Shown here in pieces: positions 38,208-50,435 of a DNA stretch of 64,000 nucleotides. Numbering within the stretch: position 1 is the stretch's first letter; each line of letters opens with the position of its first letter. The stretch is from an uncultured Nitrososphaeraceae archaeon (GTDB lineage Archaea; Thermoproteota; Nitrososphaeria; Nitrososphaerales; Nitrososphaeraceae): NCBI GenBank assembly GCA_963825865.1, contig CAWGVG010000060.1, positions 205,929 to 269,928 on the forward strand. The letters are read 5' to 3'. The position numbers and the translations under genes were made by a program. The notes beneath the pieces were generated by a model that saw nothing but the letters and a program-made list of their open reading frames with translations, had not been told where the DNA came from and did no database searches.

Positions 38208-39102
38208 CTAGCTGTTGTACTTGCTGCCTAAGAAAAGCATAAGTTTAATTAAAGAAAGAACAAACTTTTTTCTTTAAACAATAATAATATTCTGTAATCT
38301 TTTCTTTCATTCGTGAACTATCTTTGTATGATTTTAGCAGTAAATGAATATTTTAACATATCGACCTATCTCTAAGAGAAGCAGTTGCGATGATATCAAT
38401 ATAACTGACATGTTTGCAGATAATGGATTTGGTAATTTACTATTTCTTAGATCTTTGAATCTCTCTCCTTTAATAGATCGATTAAAATTGGTCGCTTCCC
38501 TTCTTTTTTCATTTTTATATATTAACTTTTATTATTAATCTTGGCGACAACCTCATTTAAGCGCAGATTCATAGTGGTAAGTTTTTGAAAGATGCAAAAT
38601 AAGCATTCCAACATCATCATTAAAATACCAGGAGAAATTCTAACATCAAAAAACTCAAAGCCTTCTTCCTTTGAATGTCTTTTGATAGATTCTAATAGTC
38701 CTCGTTATTGATTCAAAAAGACTAAGAAATCATAAGCAGGTGTATTATTATTTTAAACTTTTTTAACTGCTTTTTTTACTCCACTTTAAGATATTTGCAG
38801 CCTCTGAACAAGGTAATTGGTCTTGTCTATTGCTGTCAGTCGTACAGGTTATAGATAACTTTAATGCAATCTGTTGACCATAGAAATATATATTCTAAGA
38901 TATATAATAATACGCATAGTCATGACAGTGTGAAGTGGTTCGATACCGCCAAATATGCTCAAGGATACAAGAAATACAAAAAAAATTTGATGACTGAATG
39001 ATGATTAGAGCAAAATATTTGATTAGTAAAATGTTCTACTCCTCTATAATTATATCTGGGGCTAGTTCGTTATTATTATAATTATTATCACCTAGTGATT
39101 GC

Positions 39103-39115
39103 TTAACATAGTTAA
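39103..39115. promoter_or_regulatory. Palindromic operator TTAACATAGTTAA
   Basis: Perfect TTAAC-N3-GTTAA just upstream of a TTTATTA box and ATG 39152; recurs at 45969, 46003 and 50423. Confidence 0.6.
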
Positions 39116-39151
39116 TTCAAGTTTATTAGTCATGCATTAAAAACGCAGATA

Positions 39152-39769
39152 ATGTACTTAATAGTAGTGTCAGTAATAGCATTGTCTCTTACTTTGGCTC
39201 TTGTTTTAGGTGCAGTCTTGCCATTTTTTAAATATGGATATGTTTTTGCTCAAAGTGACCAGAACACGTCGTCAGAACCGCAAAGGCTAGGAACAAACAC
39301 TATTCTATCCTTTCCAGATGTAAATATGACAGATATCAATGGTCAATCCATCACTTCACTTGATGAAGAATTTATACTGACGCAGAATCCTGGAAACAAT
39401 AGTCAAATCAGTGCGGCAATAAAGAATCCTAATTATTCATTATCTATACCCATTCCTAAACTGATTGTAGGACAAAATTTTAAAATAAATTCAACTTCTG
39501 ATCAAGATATCAGATATATCACGGGTAGTGTAAAAATGGCGCCAATACTATTTACTCCCAGCAATGTGTCTCTATCAGATATTGATCCTGAGGATGATAT
39601 GCAAATAGGCCAACCAATCGATCTTGGAAATTATAATAATGATACGAGTGGTACTTTTGTTATACCGCAAAGTACACCAGCCTGGAAATTATATTCTATA
39701 TGTATACCTATACTATCCAAACGGTGTCATAGGAGTATTCAGTAATGAAGTGACCGTAGCTAAGCAGTA
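39152..39769 (+). CDS. Secreted/membrane-anchored hypothetical protein
   Basis: N-terminal hydrophobic helix; tail GNYILYVYL...GVFSNEVTVAKQ* after a frameshift. Confidence 0.65.
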
Positions 39770-39797
39770 AAAATCATTAATAAGACAAGGTGATCAT

Positions 39798-40990
39798 ATG
39801 ACAAAAAACTCATTTGATTTGGGATCTAACGAAGTTTTCAATGATAATATCCGGTGGTTACTTTACTCTGGCATTAGAATAAAAAATGGTCCTCGAAAAG
39901 GAGCTGTTTACGGTTGGAAAAATCTAAATCCACCGTATCCTTTTATATATACTGAGATCACAGGGTATGCATTAACATCATTGATATACATTTACTCAGA
40001 ATTGTCACAGCCTGAAGCATGCTGCCAAGGATTCTGCAAATTGGTTAATCCAAAATTTAAATAATTCAGCATCACAGTCATCATTACTACTGCCAGCAGG
40101 GATCATAGAGGCAGATAAGTTCGATCAAAAAGGAGATTTATCAAGCAAATTTACGCATTCGATAACGGAATGGTAATAATAGGGTTGTTAAGCGTTTATA
40201 AAATTACAAAGGATCGAAATCTTTTAACAGCTGCAGAGAATATGGCAAAATCATTAATTAGAAGATTTTTCGATGGATCGAAATTAGTTGCTGTTTTAGA
40301 TAATTTATTTAACCCTATAACTCGCAATAATTTTGGAAGTATTGGTATTAAATGGTCAACTGTTTCTGGCGCATATCATTCTAAATTATCATTGTGTTTA
40401 TTAGAGCTGTCACGCTTAACTAATAATGACAGTTATACAAAAGTATCCGATTCGATTTGCAGATTTGCCCTAAAATTCCAGAAGGATGATGGTCGATTTA
40501 TAACCAATCCTGATCAGGAAAATATAACATATATTCATCCCCATTTGTATGCCTGTGAAGGTCTCATTTATGGAGGGACCAGCCAGTTACAATGAACGAT
40601 ATCTTTCAGCAGGCATAAAAGGTGTTATATGGGCAATGAAACAAATCGATCCGTCAACCGGCGGGTTGCCAAGAAGTACCAGCAGAAAAGTCGATAGAGC
40701 AATCGGATTGTATGGCTCAACTGCTGCGTCTGTTAATTTTATGTCGTTCACAAATACAAGGATTCGTGAAAAATTCTTATGGCTTCATAGATAATCTTAT
40801 CAATAGACTACAGCTAAGACTTTTGGACTTTTATATCGCTGAAGGGGCGGATCGAGGAGGAATAAGGTATCATCTTTCTTTGGATACCGCGTGTAGCTGG
40901 TGCACTATGTTCACGACGCAAGCTTTAAGACTTTGGATAAACAGGAAAGAATTCGAAAAGGAAAATAAATGGATAGACTACTATGTCTAA
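39798..40990 (+). CDS. (alpha/alpha)6-barrel carbohydrate-active protein, split in four frames
   Basis: YPFIYTEITGYAL, FDNGMV, WSTVSGAYHSK, QKDDGRFITN, HPHLYACEGL, SWCTMFTTQAL; resembles six-hairpin glycosidase-like proteins of glycan loci. Confidence 0.6.
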
Positions 40991-41158
40991 TCAAACAAAA
41001 CTCTTGCTCTCTAAATAAATATAACAAAAAACAACGTTTTTCATCAATGGGAGGCGGTTCTAAATGCTATCAAATAGACACTGAAAAACTGCATGAAATT
41101 ACATTTAAAATATCGGGCCAGATCCATAGAAATAACGAATCTATATTCATACAGTCGA

Positions 41159-44066
41159 TTATTTGCTATTATTGTTGTTTTTGTCCAATGCAAATGTAGG
41201 CTCTATTTTATATATTACTCCATCTGTATCAGGTGGAGGCTGAAATTGTTTATTTTGATGATAACTTTTGAGTGAAAGAATATAAAAATAACCATCAGGT
41301 CCTACCTCGATGTCAGTAATATTGCCAAATCCTGCACCAAAGACCAATGGTTTAATCTCCTGCACATCATCTGCAACCTTGTCTGCAAGCGGTCCACTAA
41401 GCAGAAATTCTGTTCTATTTTGATTTAGTTTAAAGTCATAAATATCTCCATTGTTAAAATCTCCAACAAACATGTCATTTTCATACTTTTTTCCCAACTT
41501 ATCAGAGCTGAAGAACTTCAGAGCTGTAGGCATAATTGGCTTGTACCATATAAATTCGGGGACCCTGTATTTTCCTTTTCCATCAAAATCTACCAAATTA
41601 TCTGGAATTAATGTGGTGCCTCCTGGTCTAGTATAATTTATTGTCTTCCAAATACCCTGTACCTGGTTCCATCCGCTATTAAATCCAGGTTCGACCAAGT
41701 TAACCTCGTCGCCATAGGTTGGGCCAATTTCTGTATCCCATAGATTTTTGTTTAGGGGATCAAAGTCCATACCAAAAATATTTCGTATTCCATAAGCATA
41801 GTAGTATTTATTCATAACTTGTTTGTTGTCACAAAGTATGCTGTTAACTACCTGACCATCTTGTGTTATTCTAAGTATTCCACTAGTACCATCAGGTGCC
41901 TGTCCGCCCTTTACATTTTGAGCTTGAGTTTTGTGACCGTCAACATCTCCAATAGTAATATATACATTGTCATCGGGTCCGATAAGTACTCTCCCACCAT
42001 TATTATTTGGGCCAGGAGAAGCAGGAAGATTTATCAAGAGTTTAGGGTTTACAAGTTTGTTGTTAAGTATTTCATATCTATAAAGACGATTGTTCAATAT
42101 ATTTTGTGCATTTTCTATAGTGTTGTTCTTACTGCCTTTTGATAGATACTCAGTATAGTATAGAAAGACATATGTTTTTCCGTTTTCTTTATGATTTGCT
42201 ACAGCGATTCCTAGCAATCCCCTTTCACCTTTGTTTGAAATATTAACGTGAAGAAGAGGTTCTTGCAAGACTGTGCCATTTATTATCCTTCTTACATTAC
42301 CTTCATTTTTCTCCAAAACAAGAAGGTCGTTTGGGCCTACAAATGCCATCCCTATAGGGAACTTGATGCCGCCGCCGACTACCGGTTTTGCAATAAAGTC
42401 GCCTCTTTTCAAAATATCGTATTGTTCATTTTCGTAAATAACATGATATGATTGCCTCAAAACTCCATTTCCAACAGACTGCCACCTCGCAAGTAGATCA
42501 TCTATTTTTGATTGCCACTGTCCCCACATGTGATAAGTAGGTTCTGCTCTGTCTTCCTGTGTAGATGACCTATCCAAAACAATATAGTCTGCATATACCC
42601 AAGGATTTGCTTGGGAGGTATTCCAGTATTTTCCACTTCCTATATCAATGAAATTCCTAAGAGGTATACCACTTTCAAACATTATTTCCTGACCATGCTG
42701 TGTTCCAACGAAGAGTAAGATATCACCTTCAGTATACAATTTCTTCAGATCCCTACCAGTATTAAGCGCAACTTGATCACTCCTTAAGAAAGGTATCATA
42801 GAGTCAGCATCGTGTAAAGCAACAACTTTCCCTATATCGAAAATCTGGGTTCCTGCCGTAAATCCCCATAATACCATCACAAATATTATAGCCGGTATAG
42901 TTAAAGGAAACCGAAGTAAATGCAAAGAATGGTGCCATAAATACAAGGTATCGACCATTAGACCATCCGCCGTTTTTATCTGGAAATATCTCTTGGTAAC
43001 CCAGCAGAATAGAAGCAAAGTCGCTTAGCGTTGGAATGATTAACATAATCGGCAATAAGAAGGTGAATGGAAGGATCTTTTTTCCTCTATACATATATAA
43101 ATATAACGAGAATCCCACAACGGAAAGAATTAACACCGGCATACCGTACATTGATTTAGATACATCAAATATTATTGATAACAAACCTGTAGGATTAAGA
43201 TATAGATAGTTGCTAAATGGCATAAATGAGGTTTGTACTTTAGCAGAATAAGGACCGGTCGCAAAGTACAAAGGATCTTTTTGTACTAAAAAATTCCATA
43301 TAGTCCACATAAATATGCCAGCAAAACTATATGGAATAGCAGCTGCTATAATTGCTCGAATTCTGTATATCACGGCCTTCCTGCGTGACGTCAATAGAAT
43401 AGCTAATAATATGAATACAAGAGCAAAAGGTAGGAACCAGCCATCATAGCCTGTCAAAGTAGGCAGCAGATATAGCAAATGCAGATTTAATAATAATTCT
43501 ATATTGTTTCCAAATATCGGTATCGTTCGTAGCATAAGTATGATACCATTTGTGAATATAATAAACAGAGAGTATAAAAAACATCATAAATGGAGATTCC
43601 ATCATGGGGACCACTCCCATATACATGACAGAAGGATTGATAAGATAAATACAAGAAGCCAAAATACCTGCTAACGCACAATCAAATTGTAGTCTTACTA
43701 TCCTGAATAATAATACAGCCGTTACTACTGTAGACATTGTGCTTACGACAGTGCCTGCCAGTCCACTATGAAATAGAAAATTGTTGGTAACAAATGGCAA
43801 GAGCAAAAGGTGAGTTAGAGGTGGCCATACTGATCCAAGCTGCCCAAGACCAGGAGTTAGTGAGTCAAGAATCTCCCTAGATATTACCAAATGTGATATG
43901 GCATCGCTGTAATATATTATAGAATTCGGATCATATCCCAATATGAAAATAGGAAAATAGTACATTGGTCAGTATTGCTCCACAAATAATGAATATTTCT
44001 GAATGTACGTTTTGTATAATCATGGTGACTTGAAAATATTTTCCGAATTTTTGTAATACTTGCCAT
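41159..44066 (-). CDS. GT-C (PMT/ArnT-like) membrane glycosyltransferase fused to PQQ-dependent aldose sugar dehydrogenase (GSDH); frameshifts in the GT part
   Basis: YYSDAISHL..SR..DSLTPG..QLGSVWPPL, INPSVMYM, YDGWF, NGRY; then in one frame YENEQYDILKR-GDF..PIGMAF..ERGLLGIA..NGG..GPD..YAYGIRN.FG..FDP..DEVN..PGFNSGW. Confidence 0.8.
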
Positions 44067-44076
44067 TCTATTATGT

Positions 44077-44686
44077 CTAATTTTTCGTTTCAATAGAGAA
44101 TCCGTGGTATGTCTTGCGCCAAACTTTTGGTCTAAAAAATAATTCAAAAATTGCGATTGTAGAAGGAATGCTTTGTAAGAATAGATAGAATGGCATCAAA
44201 AAAGCAAACTTTACTTTCTTTAGAGCATCTTGATCACCTTGTCTAAATAATGCTTCTTGCGCCATAATTGGAGTATAGAATATACTAAAAATAAAGGCCA
44301 ACAATGACCCATAAAAGATAAGGGTTTACTAAATTTGGAAGGGTTAACTCCTCTCTATAGACTGGTAGCAGTATAGATATTACGGGGAGTCTAAAATCTG
44401 GTATTTCATTTGTTTCGATATCCTGTACCTCAGTTATCTTGGTATTTTTCCAAAAAACTTTGATTGATAGATATATCAATAACAGGTCTGTGAAAATAAA
44501 TATTCCCATAGCAAAACTAGCATAAACTAATATGACAATACTGGCAGGATTCAAAAGGATCCACTGTTACCTATGTCATAGATGCCTACTGTGCCTGCTT
44601 GGTATATCATTTTATCTCGAATCGCAGCAAATACCGACCATAATAATAATGATGATAAGGATAACAACATGATTTAAGCTTGCCAT
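44077..44686 (-). pseudogene. GT2 processive glycosyltransferase with the catalytic core deleted
   Basis: LPVISILLPVYREE..LPNLV runs straight into C-terminal TM helices ending PKVWRKTYHG; no DxD or QxxRW region. Confidence 0.7.
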
Positions 44687-45833
44687 TATCTTTTTTGTAT
44701 TTAGAGGCAAAAGAGGCTCTTCCTTTCCAAGTATCTCAACTATTTTCTCTGCTGAATTCCCGATACCGTAAGGACTACCAACTTTTTTTTCTGGAAGTTC
44801 CCCTAATTCGATTTTCTTAATTGACAGCTTAATTTTATAATAGTCAACCTCACACATTACAGTATGGCCAGATAGGACGGACTCTGGTCTCTCTGTAGAA
44901 CTGCGCAGGATCAAAGCATGCTTATTTATATGTGGAGAAGTCACTTCTTCCTGTACCTCCACCCGAGTCGCTGATTACAAATTTACATATTTTAAGAAGA
45001 GTTAAAAAATCAAAATAGCCAACTGGTTCAATTACTTTAATCGTCTTCGAAATGAGATCTTCAAGTCCAAATTCGTGAATCCTTTTGACAGTGCGAGGAT
45101 GCATAGGACAGATACAATAAAGAGCTGAATCAGACAACGCATTAAGTATTTGTTTTAAAGAATCGCGATTGTCTACATTCTCTTCTCTATGAAGAGTTAA
45201 AAGTACACAATTTGCAGGATCCATTTTTAATTTAATTTTGCTTAGAATATTCTCTCTATTATTATGGTTATGACCATATCTAATACTGTCCGACTGCAAA
45301 CATAATTCCACAGCATCTATGACTGTATTTCCTACCATGAATATACTTCCTTGAACTTGTTCATTTTTTAGATTTCTTGCCGATTGGACAGTGGGAGCAA
45401 GAAGAACATTTGACACATGGTCCACCATGATCCGATTATACTCTTCAGGTGTTCTCCAGTCATAGCTTCTTAATCCCGCTTCAAGATGAATTAGTGGAAT
45501 TTTAGATTTTATGGCAGCTAATGCAGCAGCAACTACACTGTTGGTGTCCCCTTGAACTATAACCGATGATGGCTGAATTTCTTTTAGAAGACTGCCAACC
45601 TTTGGCATTATTTCAGAAAACTGTTCTATTGAACCAGAGCCTGGTGTTAAATTGATACTATGGTCAGGTTTTCGAATGTTAAAGTCTTCGATAAATTTGA
45701 GGAACAGTTCATAGTCATGATGCTGACCTGTATGGATAAATTTATAATCGATCCCCTTTAAATCGAATAATCTCATAAGAGGATACATTTTTATTATTTC
45801 AGGCCTCGTGCCTGTTATTAAAGCAAATGTCAT
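44686..45833 (-). CDS. wecB: UDP-N-acetylglucosamine 2-epimerase (non-hydrolysing), one frameshift
   Basis: GTRPEIIKM, HTGQH, VQGDTNS, HLEAGLRS, PEEYNR, TLHREEN, SDSGG/VQEE, TERPE, PYGIGNSAEKI. Confidence 0.93.
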
Positions 45834-45968
45834 TTTGTATCCTTTAAATTTTTTTTGCTATGATGAATTTCGCGTTCTCTTCACTGTTATGATTGTTTAC
45901 AATGTTTTTGCCGATGGTTCTTATATCCATTTCACATTGTAAAATAAATTTTTTTTATTAAAGATTGA

Positions 45969-46015
45969 TTAACATAGTTAAAGTTGTGATTAACCATGTC
46001 AATTAACATAGTTAG
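45969..46015. promoter_or_regulatory. Three TTAAC-N3-GTTAA operator copies in the divergent wecB/GH26 promoter region
   Basis: TTAACATAGTTAA (45969), TTAACCATGTCAA (45990), TTAACATAGTTAG (46003). Confidence 0.65.
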
Positions 46016-46056
46016 CTAAACTTGAATAAATCCTAACCTCTCCCCTGATCTAAATA

Positions 46057-47301
46057 TTGTCCAGAGAATATAGGATGACGATAAATGCTGCTGTTACTAC
46101 TTTATCATTATTATTATTGTTATCTGCGATAGTGATGCCTGTGACGAATATACGGGCAGACAGTATAAACATAGAGCATAAAAATAACACTGTTCCTGTG
46201 CGCACTAGCATGAAAGACGGGATTAGTACCTCTCAAAATATATCAGCTTTGTCTATAAAGGTTGGTCCACCAAGTAAGGGAGTATATCAGAGCGCTCTTA
46301 CGGATTTTGGAGGCGCTGAAGATGAAGTTACTTCACAAAAAATTATTGATTATGAAAAGTTGATAGGCAAAAAAATTGTATGGGCATATTTTTCTAATAA
46401 CTGGGGATCAGGAATAAAATTTCCAGAGACAGCCGTCAGGGCCATTCACAGTGTTGGTGTTATACCCTTTATTAGAATGATGCCCCGTACTGCTTATACA
46501 GATGGCGTAGCGGATCCAATATATACTCTACAGGGTTTTATTGAAGGGAAATTCGATATTGATTTGAAAAGGTGGGCTCAAGACGCAAAAAGAGTTGGTA
46601 TCCCGATAATGGTAGAGTTTGGAACAGAAGTTAATGGTGGGTGGTTTCCATGGAGTGGAATACTTAATGGTGGAGGAAAAACAGATGCGTACGGAAACAC
46701 TAATTATCCTGATGGTCCAGAAAGATTTAGAGACGCTTATAGACACATAATAGATTTATTCAGAAAAGAAGGTGTGAATAACATTACATGGTGTTTCCAT
46801 GTTTATCCACCACAAGAAACAGGAGAAATAAAGGAGCTCCATCAATCTTGGAATAACTTAATAAATTATTATCCTGGTGATGATTATATTGACTGGATAG
46901 GAATCAGCATATACGGAGCCTTCGATCGAGGAACAACATGGAATTCTTTTACAGATATACTTGACCGCGTGTATCCGGAACTTTCAGCAATTTCCCTTAA
47001 AAAACCGCTTGCTGTTTTTGAATTTGGTGTTCTGGAGGATCCCACTCAGGGAAACAAGAGTGCATGGATCCAAGATGCATTACAGTCGATTGAAAATGGA
47101 AGATATCCACGCATTAAAGCTATAAGTTACTGGAATGAACAGTGGAATGACTGTACTGTTGTATGTTTACCTGGATTAAATGGCGTCATCAATCTAAAAT
47201 TAGATTCCTCGACTAAAACCGCAGAAGTATATAAAAAAATGATCGCTTCCCCATTCTTCGTAACAGAACCTAACTACTCTTACGGCAAAGGCAATAGATG
47301 A
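46057..47301 (+). CDS. Secreted GH26-like glycoside hydrolase
   Basis: Signal peptide; FSNNW..GIKFP, IPFIRMMP, EVNGGWFPW, YYPGDDYIDWIG, KPLAVFEFG; intact. Confidence 0.88.
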   Translation: MSREYRMTINAAVTTLSLLLLLSAIVMPVTNIRADSINIEHKNNTVPVRTSMKDGISTSQNISALSIKVGPPSKGVYQSALTDFGGAEDEVTSQKIIDYEKLIGKKIVWAYFSNNWGSGIKFPETAVRAIHSVGVIPFIRMMPRTAYTDGVADPIYTLQGFIEGKFDIDLKRWAQDAKRVGIPIMVEFGTEVNGGWFPWSGILNGGGKTDAYGNTNYPDGPERFRDAYRHIIDLFRKEGVNNITWCFHVYPPQETGEIKELHQSWNNLINYYPGDDYIDWIGISIYGAFDRGTTWNSFTDILDRVYPELSAISLKKPLAVFEFGVLEDPTQGNKSAWIQDALQSIENGRYPRIKAISYWNEQWNDCTVVCLPGLNGVINLKLDSSTKTAEVYKKMIASPFFVTEPNYSYGKGNR

Positions 47302-47416
47302 AAAATAGTTTGATTGAGGCTTATTGCTCATCGTGATATATGTTATGTTACACTTTACTTTTTTGTTATATCATCATTGTTTCTAGAATTAATTAATACC
47401 GAATTTGGAGTAATTA

Positions 47417-48544
47417 TCACAATACTTTTCTTTTTAGGTGTTGCTGCAATAGAGCTAGATCCTGAATAGAAATTGTGTTCAAACTATTCTTTAACGATCC
47501 AGAGACTTTAGGTGTAATTTTTAATGATCCTTCAATATCTGAAATAAGATGACTTTTATCTGTTATAAGCCCCATTTTTTTTTCTGTAGGTCTATGAGTG
47601 GCATTATTGCAGTCGGCCGATTCAGTATCACCTTTTCGGGGATCAAAGCCTATAATTGTGTCAAAACCTCCAGGTCCGCATATGAAGTGTTGAGGACCTG
47701 GGCCTCCTATCAGAGTATCATCGCCAGCACCTCCATTTAATGTATCATTTCCTGGACCGCCAATGAGTACATCATTGCCATTACCGGCTATTAACAGGTT
47801 ATCTCCACCACCACCAACTATAAAGTCATTATCATCGTTACCTTGAAGTACATCGTTTCCTGGACCGCCAACTATTACATCGTCTCCTGGACCGCCTTGA
47901 ACATTGGCACCACTTTTTGATAGAGCGAATATTTTATCCTCTCCAAGCCCGCCTTGAATTGTGTTGTTGGTACCATTAAACGCAAATATCATGTCATCTC
48001 CAAGCCCGCCTTGAATTGTGTTGTTGGTACCATTAAACTCAAATATCATGTCATCTCCAGGACCACCATCTATTTTGTTGGTGCCGAACATGGCAAACAT
48101 AGTATCATTTCCCTCACCACCATTGACTACATTCCTACTACTACTGCTGCTAACAGTCATTATTGTGTCATCTCCGGGACCACCATCAATAAAGAAATTG
48201 CCAGATAAACCAAATATTGTGTCATCCCCCAGACCCCCGTCAATATGGGAACTGCCAGCTCCACCAAATATTGTGTCATCTCCTAAAGCACCAATAAGTG
48301 TGTCATTACCACCGTTACCAAATATTGTGTCATCTCCAGGTCCACCATATATAGTGTCACTCCTATCAGTACCTATAAGAAAGTCATCCTGTTCTGTACC
48401 ATTTATCTTATCTCCTTGCGCATGTGATACTGGTAGAGATAATGAAAGGAGTAATGATGATAGAGCAATTAATCCGGATATTAAGAAAATCGCATACATA
48501 TTTCTTCCTTTGCTTGTCGCGGTGATATATTTTATTTGATTCAA
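47417..48544 (-). CDS. Secreted RTX calcium-binding repeat protein
   Basis: Signal peptide; many GGPGDD/GGLGDD repeats; GPGPQHFICG..DTIIGFDPRKGDTESADC. Confidence 0.9.
   Translation of the reverse strand: MNQIKYITATSKGRNMYAIFLISGLIALSSLLLSLSLPVSHAQGDKINGTEQDDFLIGTDRSDTIYGGPGDDTIFGNGGNDTLIGALGDDTIFGGAGSSHIDGGLGDDTIFGLSGNFFIDGGPGDDTIMTVSSSSSRNVVNGGEGNDTMFAMFGTNKIDGGPGDDMIFEFNGTNNTIQGGLGDDMIFAFNGTNNTIQGGLGEDKIFALSKSGANVQGGPGDDVIVGGPGNDVLQGNDDNDFIVGGGGDNLLIAGNGNDVLIGGPGNDTLNGGAGDDTLIGGPGPQHFICGPGGFDTIIGFDPRKGDTESADCNNATHRPTEKKMGLITDKSHLISDIEGSLKITPKVSGSLKNSLNTISIQDLALLQQHLKRKVL
47941..48054. repeat. Near-perfect 57-bp tandem duplication inside the RTX gene
   Basis: ctccaagcccgccttgaattgtgttgttggtaccattaaac(g/t)caaatatcatgtcat twice, one mismatch. 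Confidence 0.9.
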
Positions 48545-48624
48545 TATGGTCTATTTTTATTAGTATTACTGCTGCCTGCAGTAATATCGTTAATGAAACT
48601 CTTGCTTCCTATGACTTTTTTAAC

Positions 48625-49205
48625 TTATCCAGCATACCTTAATAGCAAATCATCAAAGTATAGTTATCGTATGCAGCGGCTGTAAATGAAGGTTTGATAA
48701 ATGCAATATTGATTTTTTTATTAATCCCTCCACCATGAATACCTTTTTCAAAAGTTGACGGTATTATTCCCTTACTTCTGAGGGAGTTGTGCGGAAGGAT
48801 ATGATTTTTAGGCAGGGAAATAGAATGTGCCTTTAAATAGTCACCATTCTTATTATCTACATTATTATTTATGTTGTCTCTTTTTATTTCGTTTATAATT
48901 GAAGGTAAAGATCTTGTAACTGCTCATAATGTTGACTTTAAATGTGAGGAAGATGAGGAGGTTGCTGTTATTTCTGTTGTAGGTGTTACCTTATTTGTCG
49001 ATCTAACTGATGTTGTGGCATATAGAGGCTTTTCATTTACTTTGGCCGGATAACTAATTTCGGCTGCATAAGCGCAAGATTTGTTATTTAATAAAAACCA
49101 TGCTATAGATGAAGCTATAAGTACGTCAAGAACTAAAATTACAAGTATTGAAAATATGCATCTTGGCCGTGCTTTAATATTCCATTTTTTTAACAATAGC
49201 AACAC
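48625..49205 (-). pseudogene. Internally deleted paralog of the 18599..19861 gene
   Basis: KVNEKPLYATTSVRSTNK and KINIAFIKPSFTAAAYDN match its N-part, followed immediately by YFDDLLLRYAG* matching its last residues YFYTLLLRYAKD*. Confidence 0.8.
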
Positions 49206-49403
49206 CTATTTTGCTAATATGCATTTTTTCAGAATAACCGCAGAATGTTTAATATATTGATTAACACTAGGGTATTCCTGGAATTCGTGGTAGTCCAGAT
49301 GATGTAATAGCAGTTGTTGCATCATCAGAACTATTGTTTTTTTCTAATGTTCCTGACTGTTGTTGTTGTAGCTTCTGTGGTTGTTGTATTGTTGCCGCAG
49401 AAG

Positions 49404-49910
49404 TCACAGCCGGTGGTATCCGGTAACATTTACACTATTATATGAGACTACAGAAGGATCGTTTATACAACTATATTTAGATGTAATCCTGTTATTTGGT
49501 CCCGGTGCAATTGCAGCATATTTGGGGGTTAGGATAAAGTTCCATTTTGAGTAATCTTTAATCCCCCCTAATCCAGTGGCAGTAGCTGATTGATACGGCT
49601 TGACATGATTTACAATAACAGAAACCTGGCAATTGGAACTTGCGTTGGCTAGAGAAGTACCAGTGATTGTAAGGTCTTTTCCAATTGGTACTTGTTGACT
49701 TTTGATAGGTGAAGCTATTTTTACAGCATGGATCTTAGAGGATAATGGCGATGGAGTTGGCGATAGCGATGGTGGTGGTTTTGATTGAGCGGGTTGTTGT
49801 GGCTTGATTGGCTGTGCTTGGGATGTATTTATCAAAACAGACGGAGTCAGCATCATAAATAGTGCAAAAGAGACAAGCATGAATGCTTTTGAATTCAATT
49901 CAAAATTCAA
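49404..49910 (-). CDS. Secreted Ig-like domain protein
   Basis: Signal peptide, Pro-rich linker, VKIASP...ITGTS..CQVSV...PYQ.A...DYSKW...NRITSKYSC. Confidence 0.7.
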   Translation of the reverse strand: MNFELNSKAFMLVSFALFMMLTPSVLINTSQAQPIKPQQPAQSKPPPSLSPTPSPLSSKIHAVKIASPIKSQQVPIGKDLTITGTSLANASSNCQVSVIVNHVKPYQSATATGLGGIKDYSKWNFILTPKYAAIAPGPNNRITSKYSCINDPSVVSYNSVNVTGYHRL

Positions 49911-50422
49911 TTACAGCATAGCCTTTGTCATAATACAATTATAAAAAAATTCCTTAACTAAGTTCTGTCTGTTCATTTGAAGACATGTCTATCTTGGGAC
50001 GTGCCTATCTATCTATATATCTATGTCACTTTACTGAGATTACATTCTATATGAAATTATATGCAACTCTATATTATAAACCAGAGAAATTATTACAAAT
50101 AGAAAAATATCTAAAAATAGATGAAACTGTGATTAAAGCAATGGCGATAAGTGAGTGTTTCTGTTCATGCAAGTGGATCTACCGAAAAAATAATTTTGAT
50201 CTTTGTATTCTAGAAAAGAAATATGCTTATTTCTCAAGTCCAATCATGCTATTGAACTGTATTGATTTCAAAGTCTACGTAAAATTAACTCCATATTTTG
50301 AGTATAGCTATATCAGCTCCTAATCCTGTCGTTCATGCTTAGTAGAGAGTGAATAGAAGGGCTCGCTATAGTATAATCTTATGTCAGATATATTTTCTGC
50401 CATTCGCTGTAATATTTAATAG

Positions 50423-50435
50423 TTAACTAAGTTAA
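50423..50435. promoter_or_regulatory. Palindromic operator TTAACTAAGTTAA
   Basis: Same palindrome, upstream of a degraded secreted-protein gene starting near 50473. Confidence 0.5.

Noticed and set aside
47941-48054. 57-bp tandem repeat as a CRISPR-like array
   Set aside because: In-frame (19 codons), no spacer, inside the RTX coding sequence
48018-48539. Plus-strand Pro/Ser repeat ORF and similar antisense ORFs (12297, 12630, 13772, 37076, 63494)
   Set aside because: Shadow frames of well-supported genes on the opposite strand
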